This document shows positions 23,698 through 33,932 of a stretch of DNA of 64,000 nt, piece by piece. The notes under the pieces are model-generated. The model was given only the letters and a program-made list of their open reading frames with translations, was not told the origin of the DNA and made no database searches. Both the position numbers and the translations under genes were made by a program. How positions within the stretch are numbered: position 1 is the stretch's first letter; every line of letters begins with the position of its first letter. The stretch spans positions 3,906,001 to 3,970,000 of the forward strand of contig AP024664.1 in assembly GCA_024346625.1 (NCBI GenBank), given 5' to 3'. Source of the DNA: Williopsis jadinii. Lineage: Eukaryota.

Positions 23698-23779
23698 AAT
23701 CTGCCAATTTTCACCTATTTTCCCGTGCAACTACCAATTTTCAAGTCCTAGCGAGGTCAATCTGCCAATTTTCAAGTCC
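23698..23779 (+). repeat. Subterminal ~30-bp-period repeats with core CCAATTTTCA
   Basis: AATCTGCCAATTTTCA at 23698 and 23759; AACTACCAATTTTCAAGTCC at 23729. Confidence 0.85.
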
Positions 23780-23992
23780 CAGCCCGGTTAGTGTGGCAAA
23801 AGTTTTACCTATTTGGCCGCGATTCTGCCTTTTTCACCAACCTGACACCAAAATCCCCCCAAAAAATTCCGAGGTTTTCATTTTTTCCATCCTTAACTAT
23901 GGGGAGGTCTCGGACTTTCCAAAAACCAAATATTTAACTATGCGGCGAAAAAAAATTAGTATGGTGAGGTGGCCGTTTTGCCGGGCACAGTG

Positions 23993-24045
23993 TGCTGATC
24001 TTGGCGTTATTAGCACCACGCCTTAACCAACTGGGCCAAGGGACC
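23993..24045 (-). tRNA. 5' part of interrupted tRNA-Ile(AAT): acceptor 5' strand, D-arm/A-box, anticodon arm
   Basis: Minus strand GGTCCCTTGGCCCAGTTGGTTAAGGCGTGGTGCTAATAACGCCAAGATCAGCA; anticodon stem TGGTG/CGCCA with AAT; joins the 21505 half into a 74-nt cloverleaf. Confidence 0.94.
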
Positions 24046-26570
24046 TTTAGTTGAAATTCCGGGAATGGCCTGTTAGTGTGACTTTGTTCAATATTTGGCG
24101 ACACCGTATTCTTATGTTTTGATGTCTTCACTCTCCATTGAAGAGCCCTATTGGTTCATTTTCCATTCAGTAATCTTTGATGTGATTTACTGAGTATAAC
24201 GAAGTAGACTGTATCTCAAACATTTGAGCCAAAACTTTTTGAAATGACTTCAAAGATCATTTTACAGCGAACCGTAAAGGTTGTAAATGACGGCAGCTCC
24301 GACACTGTGTGCTCATATACAGCCAATGGTTACATCAAGAGACCCAGATAGGATGATATAATTCGACGTGTAAATCTGACAACACCTATTGAATTGGTTT
24401 CACCAATATAGGTCTCGTCACTGCATGAGCTACAGGAAACCTACGGTGTACCATTTAGAGTACACAACATTTGAGGATTCCACTGATGTCATATGTGTTT
24501 TTTTAGCATTGCTTATTCATCAGTATTCTGAATTCTACAGTTTATAGGATATTGTTAAATCCAAAGCTGTATACGGTGGTTCTTGTTCTTACAATGAAAA
24601 TGAGAGGTAGTCACTAGCCACCTTTCTTGGATGAGGAGTTATCCAACATCCACTTCAACTTGCCTTCGATTAACCGTAGAAAGCTCGCTCATACCCCTAT
24701 ACTAAAGACAGGACTAGAATGACCAGCACCAATAATGCGAGAAGGCACATTGTCTTTAGGGTTACACAAGAAACAACCAAGCACTATCTGGAATCGTACG
24801 AATTGAAAGTAAAGTTAAAACTTTATGGTATTGTTTTTAACCGTCCGGCATGAGCTGAAGATATTCCCCTAAAGCCCAGGGCAGCTACTAAGCGTAAACC
24901 AAAACAGTCTATGGCGCACAACTCAAGCACTTACAAACATGTGTTCTATTGTCCACACCTGTGTGTAGATCTTGTAGACACAATTGGCGCAGGGACTACA
25001 TCGAACTGCGAGGGCCCATCACACTATTTTGAATGGTATAATTCAGAAAGAATGTTTACGAGTTTACAGTATACCGAATCCAGATAGAAGGTCCTAACTT
25101 CAGAGCATGAAATGAATAGTGGGTCCACCATCACGGCCTATTTTAAAGTCCAATACAGCCCAAAAGCTTAACTTCCACTCAAAGTTAGCCAATCAGCGAA
25201 GCCGACAACTCCAAATAATAATGTAGCACGGCTAAAAGCATACGTTCCAACACGCTGCAGTTGAAATATTGTTGTTGAGCTTCTAAGCTGAACCGTCCTG
25301 GCGGCCTTGCATTATGGGAATCTCAGGTTGCGGGTGTTTTCGCTTTCCGCTTGTTCATCAAAAAAACACCCCAAAATGCCGGCTGGACAAGGGCTAAAAT
25401 CAGAGACATCTTGGGAAAGATTGTGCAAGCACCACGAACCTCCATTAGCCACATCAGCCATGAGCTTCATCTTCTGACGTAGAGACACACATAGAGAGGT
25501 CACACTCCACCAAACGAGCTTAAGTTGCCTGCTGTGGACACGGTCAAACTCCTCTAACAAGAAAAAGCGTCCTAATGCGCTGGCACAAGTTCGATCCTTT
25601 AGATAAAAAAATATGGGCATATCCGCAAACATCGGGGATAAATGCATGTCAAGGCAACCCTACAACGCATATTTTTTAAATCAAAGCTTGATCAAAGGAG
25701 CTGTGAATGTATTTGAACCAAGCGATTAGTAACCAAGATGATAGCAGCACTATTCTGTTGCGATACAGCTATCTGTTAGCGGGGGAGTTTGTAGACGGAA
25801 TAAGGCTCGATCTATTCTCCGCTCGTTTTAGCGGCTGGCTGGTTTTGTCAGCCCAAAGTTCAAACGCTAAATAGGGGTGTTTCAAGTGAACAGCTTGCGA
25901 CTGCTGTTCATCACTAGTCGCGTAAGATACGACCGTTCGCTCCTTTTACGGCAATTCAAAGGGGGGCAGGCAGGCAGAGGTATAGTCTACGCTCATTAAT
26001 GCAGGACATAGGCTCCTGATGAGTAACCTCACTGACTCAGAGCGTTTTGGTAAACGGAAGAAGGTGGTGCATTATCATTATACCGGGAGACCACGCACGC
26101 GCGAGATGTTACATGAACCATCCTGTTGTACAGTTGTGATCAACAGTTCCGAATATCTCATCTACATTGTCTCTTGCTTCTCAGATCATTCTGATTGTTG
26201 GACTCAAAGCCCGTAAACATCCAGCAACAACAGGAAATCTCAGCAGCAAAGTGTTTGCCGAGACTCTCAAGATGGTTGAAACTGAGAGGAGTCGGCATAT
26301 TTGGGTGCATAAGGACTCCTGCACAAAGGGTCAGGAAGGAATGAAAACATCCTAAAACAGAAATAACCATGCACCAGCGCACAGTTCAGTTACAGATCTC
26401 TACTCCTAAAGCAGTAAGTTGGAGTCTAGTCCCCTTCCTCAATCCCCATTTTGTAAACTATTTACGCAAATCTATATAAAGTGGACTGAGCCTCTCTGTT
26501 TCCCGTCTTCTCTCTTCATATTCCTGTGTTCTTTCTTTTAACCGGCATATACAAACTCCAGATACAAACC

Positions 26571-27884
26571 ATGTTCGCTCGCTTCACCATTGGTGCCTTT
26601 GTTGCCTCCGTTGCACTCGCAGCAGCTTCTCCAGTCGCTGACCCATTCCCATTCCCAGATGCTTTTGCTCTTCCATTGCCTGCTGAGATCTGTACCACTA
26701 ATGAGTGTCACGCCGTCTGTGGTCCTATGATTGTTGCTGCCAGAGCTTGTACTCCAGGTAACAACGATACTGGTCCATGGGACAACTCTTGTTTGTGTGA
26801 CGATGGTTCTGCCTTCCTCGCCAACTACGAGGACTGTATGAGCTGTGGTCAATCCATTTGGCAAATCTATGGCCGTTTCTTGAGCAGCCCATTGGCTCAA
26901 TGTGAGGGCCTTGTCACTTCCCCAACCGGTTCAGTCACTCCTTGTGAGTCTTCCACATCCAGTTCTGAGGCTGAGTCCACTGAGTCTTCTGTCGAGGAGT
27001 CTTCTGCTGCTGAGTCTTCTGCTGAGTCTTCTGCTGAGTCTTCTACTGAGTCCTCCACCACATCTCTTGCTCCAGACTCCAACCTCTCTTCTGTCACCCC
27101 AGATTCTACCTCAGCCGCTGATGAATCAACAATCAGTATCGAGTCCACCTCTTCTGCAGTTGAGAGCGAGGAGTCCTCTATCAGCATCGAGTCCACATCA
27201 TCCGAGATCTCCTCTGCTGAGTCTTCTGATGTCTCCTCTACCGAGTCTGATGTCTCCTCTGCCGAGTCTTCTGATGTCTCCTCTGCTGAGTCTTCTGAGG
27301 TCGAGCCAACAAGCTTCGCAAACGTGACCAGCACCACCACCGTTGACGAGCAATCTACCACCGTTGTCACTATCACCTCTTGTGAAGAAGACAGCTGCAC
27401 TACCAAGCCAGTCACCACTGGTGTTACTGTTGTCACCAAGACCATCAGTGGTGTCGTCACTGAGTACACAACCTACTGTCCAATCACCACTGTGATCACC
27501 ATTACTTCATGTGACGAGGTTTGCACTGAGGTTCCAGTTACTACTGGTCTCACTACTGTTACTAAGACAGAGAACGGTGTCACCACTGAGTACACCACTT
27601 ACTGTCCAATCAGCACAGAGGAGGAGACCACCGAGACTAAGGCTGGTGACCAAACCCTCACCACTCAAGTCACAGAGACAAAGACTGCTGCTGAAGAGGA
27701 GAGTACCATCACAACTCAAGTCACCAAGACTAAGACCGCTGAAGGTGAGACCACCAAGGCTCCAGAGGAGGAGACCACTGCTGCCACCTCTACTTACACC
27801 TTCTCTACTCAAGAAGGTCAGGCTAACAACTTGATTGCTGGTTCTACCCTTGTTGCTATTGCCTTCGGTATGCTCTTCTTGTAA
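26571..27884 (+). CDS. GPI-anchored cell-wall protein: Cys-rich N-domain, Ser/Glu stalk, two flocculin type-3-like repeats
   Basis: Signal peptide; [31 protein letters not shown]...TEYTTYCP twice; hydrophobic GPI signal; TATA box at 26473. Confidence 0.9.
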   Translation: MFARFTIGAFVASVALAAASPVADPFPFPDAFALPLPAEICTTNECHAVCGPMIVAARACTPGNNDTGPWDNSCLCDDGSAFLANYEDCMSCGQSIWQIYGRFLSSPLAQCEGLVTSPTGSVTPCESSTSSSEAESTESSVEESSAAESSAESSAESSTESSTTSLAPDSNLSSVTPDSTSAADESTISIESTSSAVESEESSISIESTSSEISSAESSDVSSTESDVSSAESSDVSSAESSEVEPTSFANVTSTTTVDEQSTTVVTITSCEEDSCTTKPVTTGVTVVTKTISGVVTEYTTYCPITTVITITSCDEVCTEVPVTTGLTTVTKTENGVTTEYTTYCPISTEEETTETKAGDQTLTTQVTETKTAAEEESTITTQVTKTKTAEGETTKAPEEETTAATSTYTFSTQEGQANNLIAGSTLVAIAFGMLFL

Positions 27885-28765
27885 GTGGTATAACCAATTT
27901 AACCTATTTACGAATCTAAGGAGCTTGTCTAATTCTTTACTTTTTTAATATATGATACCAATACCAATACTTTTCAGTCATACTCACCTATGTTAGAAGC
28001 ACGTTAAATGTGGAGAAGTAGTGCCTTTGATTGCATAGGCGTGTCCCTCTTAGCCTTTGTTTACGCCACTGACTCTTACATGCACACACGTAGCCAGTAC
28101 CAGTGCACAATGCATAGAAGTCATATCGTGGATAATTTCTACACTTTTATGCTCACCAAATACGGAGCGCCTCAACTGTAAACAAAGGGGTGTTATTTCC
28201 ACTGAAATGGCTAAGCTGATATTCTCATAATGAGCGGCTATTGTTGAAATTTAGGATCACCATCTAGTGCACTGCCTAGAGAAGAGGACTCACGTGTTGA
28301 ATGTTGAAAGGTACACTTTCATCAACATTTACTAATGTTTTGGTAGAGCTCATGCCGACCATTTTATGTATACTGTCCCGCTGCTGCGAACAAAGGATAT
28401 CATATAAACAAAACATGAGCAAATAGCGGTTCAACAATACTCCGAAGGTTTGTCACTGGCCAAGCATATCCGATTTGGTGTTCTGGGGTGCCGAGCTTTC
28501 ATACCCAACTGTACAACATGACTCTGAAATATAGCAATCTGCTGCTTCTTCTTGGAGCTCTTTCTCAGTGTGTATATTGAACATCCAGAACAAGTTGCAG
28601 CGAAATGATCAAAATGTTTACAGCTGTAAAGCTTCACCAATATCTATCATGTGCACATATCACTCTCGTCTTCTATAAATTGGAGACAATGTCTTCTTTG
28701 TCTGACCTCGACTTTGGTATGAAGGTTAGCCAAGCTTGAACGATTCACCCAAACTGTGCTTTACA

Positions 28766-29542
28766 ATGTTCGCTCGTTACTCGTTCAGTGCTTTTGTTGT
28801 TGCTACTGCTCTTGCCCAAATTTGCGCTGTCACTGATTGTCACGGTGTCTGTGGTCCTATGATCGTGGCAGCCAGAGCTTGCGCTGAGAATAGTAGTGAT
28901 GATGGTCCATGGGACAATGATTGTTTGTGCAGTGCTGATTCGGACTTCATGCAAAACTACGACGTGTGTATGTCCTGTGGTATTTCACTCTGGCAGGTCT
29001 ATGGCAGCTACCTGGATGGTCCACTGGCTGCGTGTGAAACTTTGCTTACCTCTCCAACTGGCTCAGTCACACCCTGTGAAACCAGCGAGGCCACCGCCAC
29101 TGAGGAGGTTCAGGAGACCACTAGTGCTGCTGAGGAGACTTCGGAAGAGGCTGAAGAGGCTGAGGAGACCACCAGTGCTGAGGAGACCACTGAAGAGACC
29201 ACTGAAGAGACCACTGAAGAGACCACTGAAGAGACCACTGAAGAGACCACTGAAGAGACCACCAGTGCTGCTGAGGAGACTTCTGAGGAGGCTGAAGAGG
29301 CTGAAGAGACTACCGAAGAGGCTGAAGAAACCACTGGTGCTGCTGAAGAAACTACTGAAGAGGCTGAGGTGACCACTGGTGCTGCTGAAGAGACCACGGT
29401 TGCTGTTGAGGAGACCACTGGTGCTGCTGAAGAGACCACGGCTGCTGTTGAGGAGACTTTCAACGGTATGGGTGCTTCCCTCAGATTGGACTCAGTCCTA
29501 GCACTTGTCTGTGCTGCCTTCACGGGATTGATGATGTTCTGA
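28766..29542 (+). CDS. Tandem paralog GPI cell-wall protein with EETT-repeat stalk
   Basis: Same Cys domain ([22 protein letters not shown]); 12-bp GAGACCACTGAA repeats; GPI-like C-terminus; TATA box at 28674. Confidence 0.88.
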   Translation: MFARYSFSAFVVATALAQICAVTDCHGVCGPMIVAARACAENSSDDGPWDNDCLCSADSDFMQNYDVCMSCGISLWQVYGSYLDGPLAACETLLTSPTGSVTPCETSEATATEEVQETTSAAEETSEEAEEAEETTSAEETTEETTEETTEETTEETTEETTEETTSAAEETSEEAEEAEETTEEAEETTGAAEETTEEAEVTTGAAEETTVAVEETTGAAEETTAAVEETFNGMGASLRLDSVLALVCAAFTGLMMF

Positions 29543-30191
29543 TCTTGCCAAAGGTATGATATCACCCTGAGGTTTAGCTGCCGCGTCCTCTCTGCTTTGT
29601 CTCGATTGTGTCTGTGCTTTGTTGCCTTTGTTCTCTGTTTTCTCTTTGCTTGTCTTCGTCAGTGGATACAATCTCCTCTGATCGCTTGGATTATGAATAG
29701 AAATATTTTCTGTGTCTATTCAACCAGACGTCCTACGTATTCCCTTTTTCCTTCTGTAGATTGGAGCTCACGCTCCACACACAGTGTCATTACAATGCCT
29801 GTCCACCAAAGCACCGCCAAAGCACCTGCAAACATGCGAAGCACCCATAATCTGATTATGCTACGCCATGCACAGTACAAAACAAAACAACACCCACAGC
29901 CCACGTGACACGCACACCAACAAACACGTGAGCCTTGACGTCATAGACCAAAGCAACGCAAATCCTCGGAACAAAAGGTGGGGTCATCGCCACTTTTGTG
30001 ACACCCCCCTTCCCCAAACGAAACATAAACACACACAGCGTGGGCGTACCACCTCTTCACTGTGACTCCCCTCGCTAGGGGCAGCAGCGCTCTCCTGATA
30101 AGAAAGACACAGGGAGCAAGGGAGAAAAGGACGATTTCTGTCTAATGAGACCCCAACACACACACAAGATACACCACTAAAAGATAAACAA

Positions 30192-31963
30192 ATGACTATT
30201 GATAACGGTCTATTGGTATCGTAAGTACACACACACACACACGCCGATCCTCGTATCATCACCACGTTGCACCGGTCTCGCCACCTCCTCGGAACTGGTC
30301 GTATGAGATCTCGTGTTCCTGCCCCGATGGTGTTGAGATTGCGTCAAATGGCGGGAAGGCCCTCGTACACAAAAGTGGTGATGTTTACACAGCGCTGCCG
30401 CTGAGATTAGTACTAACACACACCATCGTATGGAAGAAGCCATGGACATGACGAGACTGTGTACCATGGAAGAACGTCCGCATTAGCTGAGAAGCCATCG
30501 TTCCACCCCGCAACCATCACGGTCAAGTGAGTATTTTCCTGGGCTGTACGCCTGCCGCTACGCTGTTGTTTACACATATACTGACAAGCTGATTGTTTAT
30601 TAGCCACTGGCAGCTCAGAGACTTGGTGCAGCCATGCTCTGCGAACCCAAACGAGATCATCTACACACACGATGATGCCATCAAGTGCACTGACCTCTCT
30701 ACTGACAAGATCAGCACCGTGTGTACGCTGGACTTCCACCCGCGGTGCTTCAAGGAGGCACACAGCAAGATCGTCACGGGCGGTGTGATCTCCTCGATCA
30801 ACAGCAACTCGTCGTCGACCTCGTTGATGAACAGAGCGTTTGCCGATATGGGCGATGGAGGCACTGGAGAGGGTGCCTCGTGGCGTGGGTTGTTCTCCTT
30901 CTACAACAGGGAGACTCAACAGTCCCTCAGCATCAGGTTGGGCACGTACATCAACAACAACGCATCAGTGAACAAGGTGTCGAACGGCACTTATACCTCA
31001 TATGTGTGTAACAATGACAAGTACTTGTACAGCACACACATATCTAATTCTGCAATCGCCGTGGATGACTCTGTCAATTTGGAGTTCCCTCTGAATCACT
31101 CAGCCCTATCAGACGACCACAAGAACTTGGTTGTACTTGGGGACTGCTCAAAGATATTCTTTTTGCACCCAGGACAACAAGATGGTGTTTTACGCCGTGA
31201 CAACATTATTGATACTCACTGTGATTCTGGGTTCTCAACGTCGTTTTCAGGTTCGGGCCAACAGTTTGCTTCTTGCTTTCAGGATGGCACTTGTTTGATC
31301 TATGACACAAGAAACGTTGGTGCCGGGCCAATAAAGACGGTGCATTCAACGAGAAAGAACTCATCCAACGGAGCGTTCAGATGTCTGAAGTACTCAAGAG
31401 GCACAGATGATTTGCTTGTGATCAGCGAGCATGTTGGAAGAGTACACGTTATCGATTCGAGAGACTTCTCAAACCATCAAGTGATTGTCCTACCTGTGAA
31501 CTCAATCCCACAACGGTCGGAGATCGGCAGCTCTGCATCCTTGGTGAATCTTAACGGAATCCAAGACTGTTCTGAGAATTCTATTTTCACTCCAAAGGTG
31601 TTGGACTTCAACGAAGTTGTCACCATTGAATCAAACCTGGCAAAGAATGACGATATGAACACTCCTTTCAACGCCAATTATGCATCCAGAAACATGAACA
31701 ACTTCAACTTGCTGAATGCAGTTGGATTTGAAGAAAACTCGGATGTTACCTTAGATGTTCGTGAACATAGAGGCTCAACTGCATCTAGCTACTCCTCCAT
31801 GTCAGGATCCGAGTTTGATTACTTTGATAACGAGATCAGTGGTCTCGATTGGTATGAAGACAGCGGAGGTTCACATATCGTTATCGGGTGTTGTAAAGGC
31901 TTGATCAAGTGGGATGTTGATTCGTGGAGCAGAAGAACCTTCCCAAGTTATGCAATGCTTTGA
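30192..31963 (+). CDS. GID11: DUF2415 beta-propeller protein (Gid11/YLR149C-like); exons 30192-30220, 30437-30526, 30604-31963
   Basis: Spliced reading MTIDNG...ATITVN/HWQLRD; GTAAGT..TACTAAC..AAG and GTGAGT..TACTGAC..TAG introns keep frame; GAFRCLKYS..DDLLVISEHVGRVHVID motif. Confidence 0.75.
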
Positions 31964-32200
31964 GATGACAATAATTATGATGATGATGATTTGGATATTA
32001 ATGACCACTCGGTGTAGGAATGCTGCCATGATGACTCTCGTTGTTGCGATTTTCAACTTTCTCCTTTTTAATGCATATCTATATATGTTATATGGCATGT
32101 AGACTTCGTTCTGTCGATTAACTATACGAACCGTTCATTGCGATGAAATGGTTACATAAGGGAAGGATTATTCTTAGCAAGAGGTATGTGTATTATTTGG

Positions 32201-33754
32201 TTAATCAACTATATCACTAGTAGGAATTATACTTGTACCTTCCTCTGGCAATTCCTCAAGGACTGGTTGGTGTTGATGGTCTTCCACAGCCAAGTTCTGC
32301 TCGTACTCGCCTTTCAGCTGTTCCCAGTCTGATTCATTCTCAACCAAGGCACGAACACCAATTATATCTGCTTCATCGAAGATCTCCAATATATGTTCAG
32401 CTTCCTCAATTGGCATGCCATGGAAGACGTTGTTAACTTCATCCAAAGTACCTGTTTGTAGAGCTTGTTGCATTCTCTCAGGCAATGACTTGAAAAGCTC
32501 AACTCTCTTTTGCTCTGTAGGATCAGAAGACTCGGCATCTGGCAGGTTCACAACAAGTGTTGTATCGTCATCCAGCGATTTCAGCTGAATCTCTTCTGTA
32601 CCTTCAAGTTCGCCGGATTCCAACTGTTCTTGTCTTAAGACTTTACAACGGGTTTGGATGTGATCGAAAGTGCTTGCTAGTTCCTGTTGGAAGGAGCTCA
32701 TAACTTGTTGTTGACCACTCCCCATCATCTTGTCAAACAGTTGCTGAACAACCTGTTGTATCTGAGGCTTTTGTTCAATCTTCTTGAAGTTCAAGACATC
32801 GAGCACATATTGAAGAAGGATGGAAACACCCACGATTCTCTTTGTCTTTGCATGATCATCATCAAATTCCGAATCAAATGCACTCATCAACAAAGAATCC
32901 TTGTTAGCTTGCGTTATGATGTTGGTATGGGTTTTCAAAAAATCTCTTATTTGGACAAGGTTCTCGTAGGGAATCTCAGAGTATTTCGCCAGAGCTTCCT
33001 CATCACTTTCTGTACAAGAACTAAGTTCATTGTGCTTCTGTGAAACAGATTTGGTGACCGGGGTACTGCTTGATGTTGATGTTGATGTGGTTGTCGCCTT
33101 AGTCGTTGTAGAAGTTGAAGATGCTGCAGAGGCCGATCCAGTAGTTGATCCCTCAGATACAGTCTGTGCTTTAGGCTGTTCTGGTTTCTTCACATCACTG
33201 TCCTTGTTAAGGAAAGAACGATCCCAGCCTGTATGCATATCCTCTGATGAGATGTGCAACTCTCTCTCCTTGTATAACGTCTGAAGCTTATCTCTTTGCG
33301 TGGAGAGAACATCCTCAATCTTCTTTGTATGGTTGGCAACCTGTTCTCTAACCAGCTTACCGTCATTAGGGTCCAAGCTGGCCGTTTCCAACTTGCCCTT
33401 AATATCTGTGAACAGATCTTCGATCATCTCGTTATACGTTGGTGCGTCTTCTTCCACTCCTGGAGGTTTCGAAGAGTCGAACGTCTTTGAGAGGAAATCA
33501 CACACTTGTTGATAGTTTGCCAGGACAGAATCATCACATTTAGCCAGCAGAATACCGACCCTTCTGTTCAATTCCTCATACATCGGGACCTGGGTCTCTA
33601 AGAGCGCAATCTCTCGGTTACGTTCATCACGTTTCTGGTGGATATCCTGTTGTCTCCAACGGATAAAGGAGCGTTTATCAACATTTGGGTGAACTTCGAC
33701 GTCAGAATCGTCTGATAGTTCGATCTTATCCCACTTGGAGTAGTCAATTGGCAT
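32201..33754 (-). CDS. CDC37: Hsp90 kinase co-chaperone Cdc37
   Basis: MPIDYSKWDKIELSDDSDVEVHPNVDKRSFIRWRQ signature. Confidence 0.97.
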   Translation of the reverse strand: MPIDYSKWDKIELSDDSDVEVHPNVDKRSFIRWRQQDIHQKRDERNREIALLETQVPMYEELNRRVGILLAKCDDSVLANYQQVCDFLSKTFDSSKPPGVEEDAPTYNEMIEDLFTDIKGKLETASLDPNDGKLVREQVANHTKKIEDVLSTQRDKLQTLYKERELHISSEDMHTGWDRSFLNKDSDVKKPEQPKAQTVSEGSTTGSASAASSTSTTTKATTTSTSTSSSTPVTKSVSQKHNELSSCTESDEEALAKYSEIPYENLVQIRDFLKTHTNIITQANKDSLLMSAFDSEFDDDHAKTKRIVGVSILLQYVLDVLNFKKIEQKPQIQQVVQQLFDKMMGSGQQQVMSSFQQELASTFDHIQTRCKVLRQEQLESGELEGTEEIQLKSLDDDTTLVVNLPDAESSDPTEQKRVELFKSLPERMQQALQTGTLDEVNNVFHGMPIEEAEHILEIFDEADIIGVRALVENESDWEQLKGEYEQNLAVEDHQHQPVLEELPEEGTSIIPTSDIVD

Positions 33755-33932
33755 CGTTGCTGCTGATGTTGTTCACTTGTTCTTGGGGATCAATGAAGAG
33801 GAACAGGAAGAGATGGCGGAAGATTCTCGAATTTTCTTCACGTTCGGTAGGAGAATGTTATATAATATAATATAACATTATATTATATTATATAATATAT
33901 AGTATATAGAGTATATAGTGGCCTTCCATCGG

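Larger units (their letters stand above)
21529..23992. mobile_element. 2464-bp putative non-autonomous CACTA/EnSpm-like DNA transposon inserted in tRNA-Ile
   Basis: Ends CACTAGGACCGAGAAAA and (reverse complement) CACTGTGCCCGGCAAAA, 12/17 identical; TGC duplicated at 21526-21528 and 23993-23995; subterminal repeats; AT-rich; no long ORF. Confidence 0.8.

Noticed and set aside
21529..23992. Insertion as a tRNA intron or spliceosomal intron
   Set aside because: It is not at the canonical 37/38 position, is far too long, lacks GT-AG ends in tRNA sense in any register, and is flanked by a TSD.
23607..24026. 139-aa ORF at the element end
   Set aside because: It runs through the subterminal repeats and antisense into the tRNA and has no recognisable motif.
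26897..29565. Antisense and alternative-frame ORFs (190, 141, 158, 151 aa)
   Set aside because: Shadows of the repetitive Ser/Thr/Glu coding sequence of the two cell-wall genes.
33859..33917. TA-rich low-complexity tract
   Set aside because: Ordinary yeast 3'-end/promoter AT tract between the arrestin gene and CDC37.
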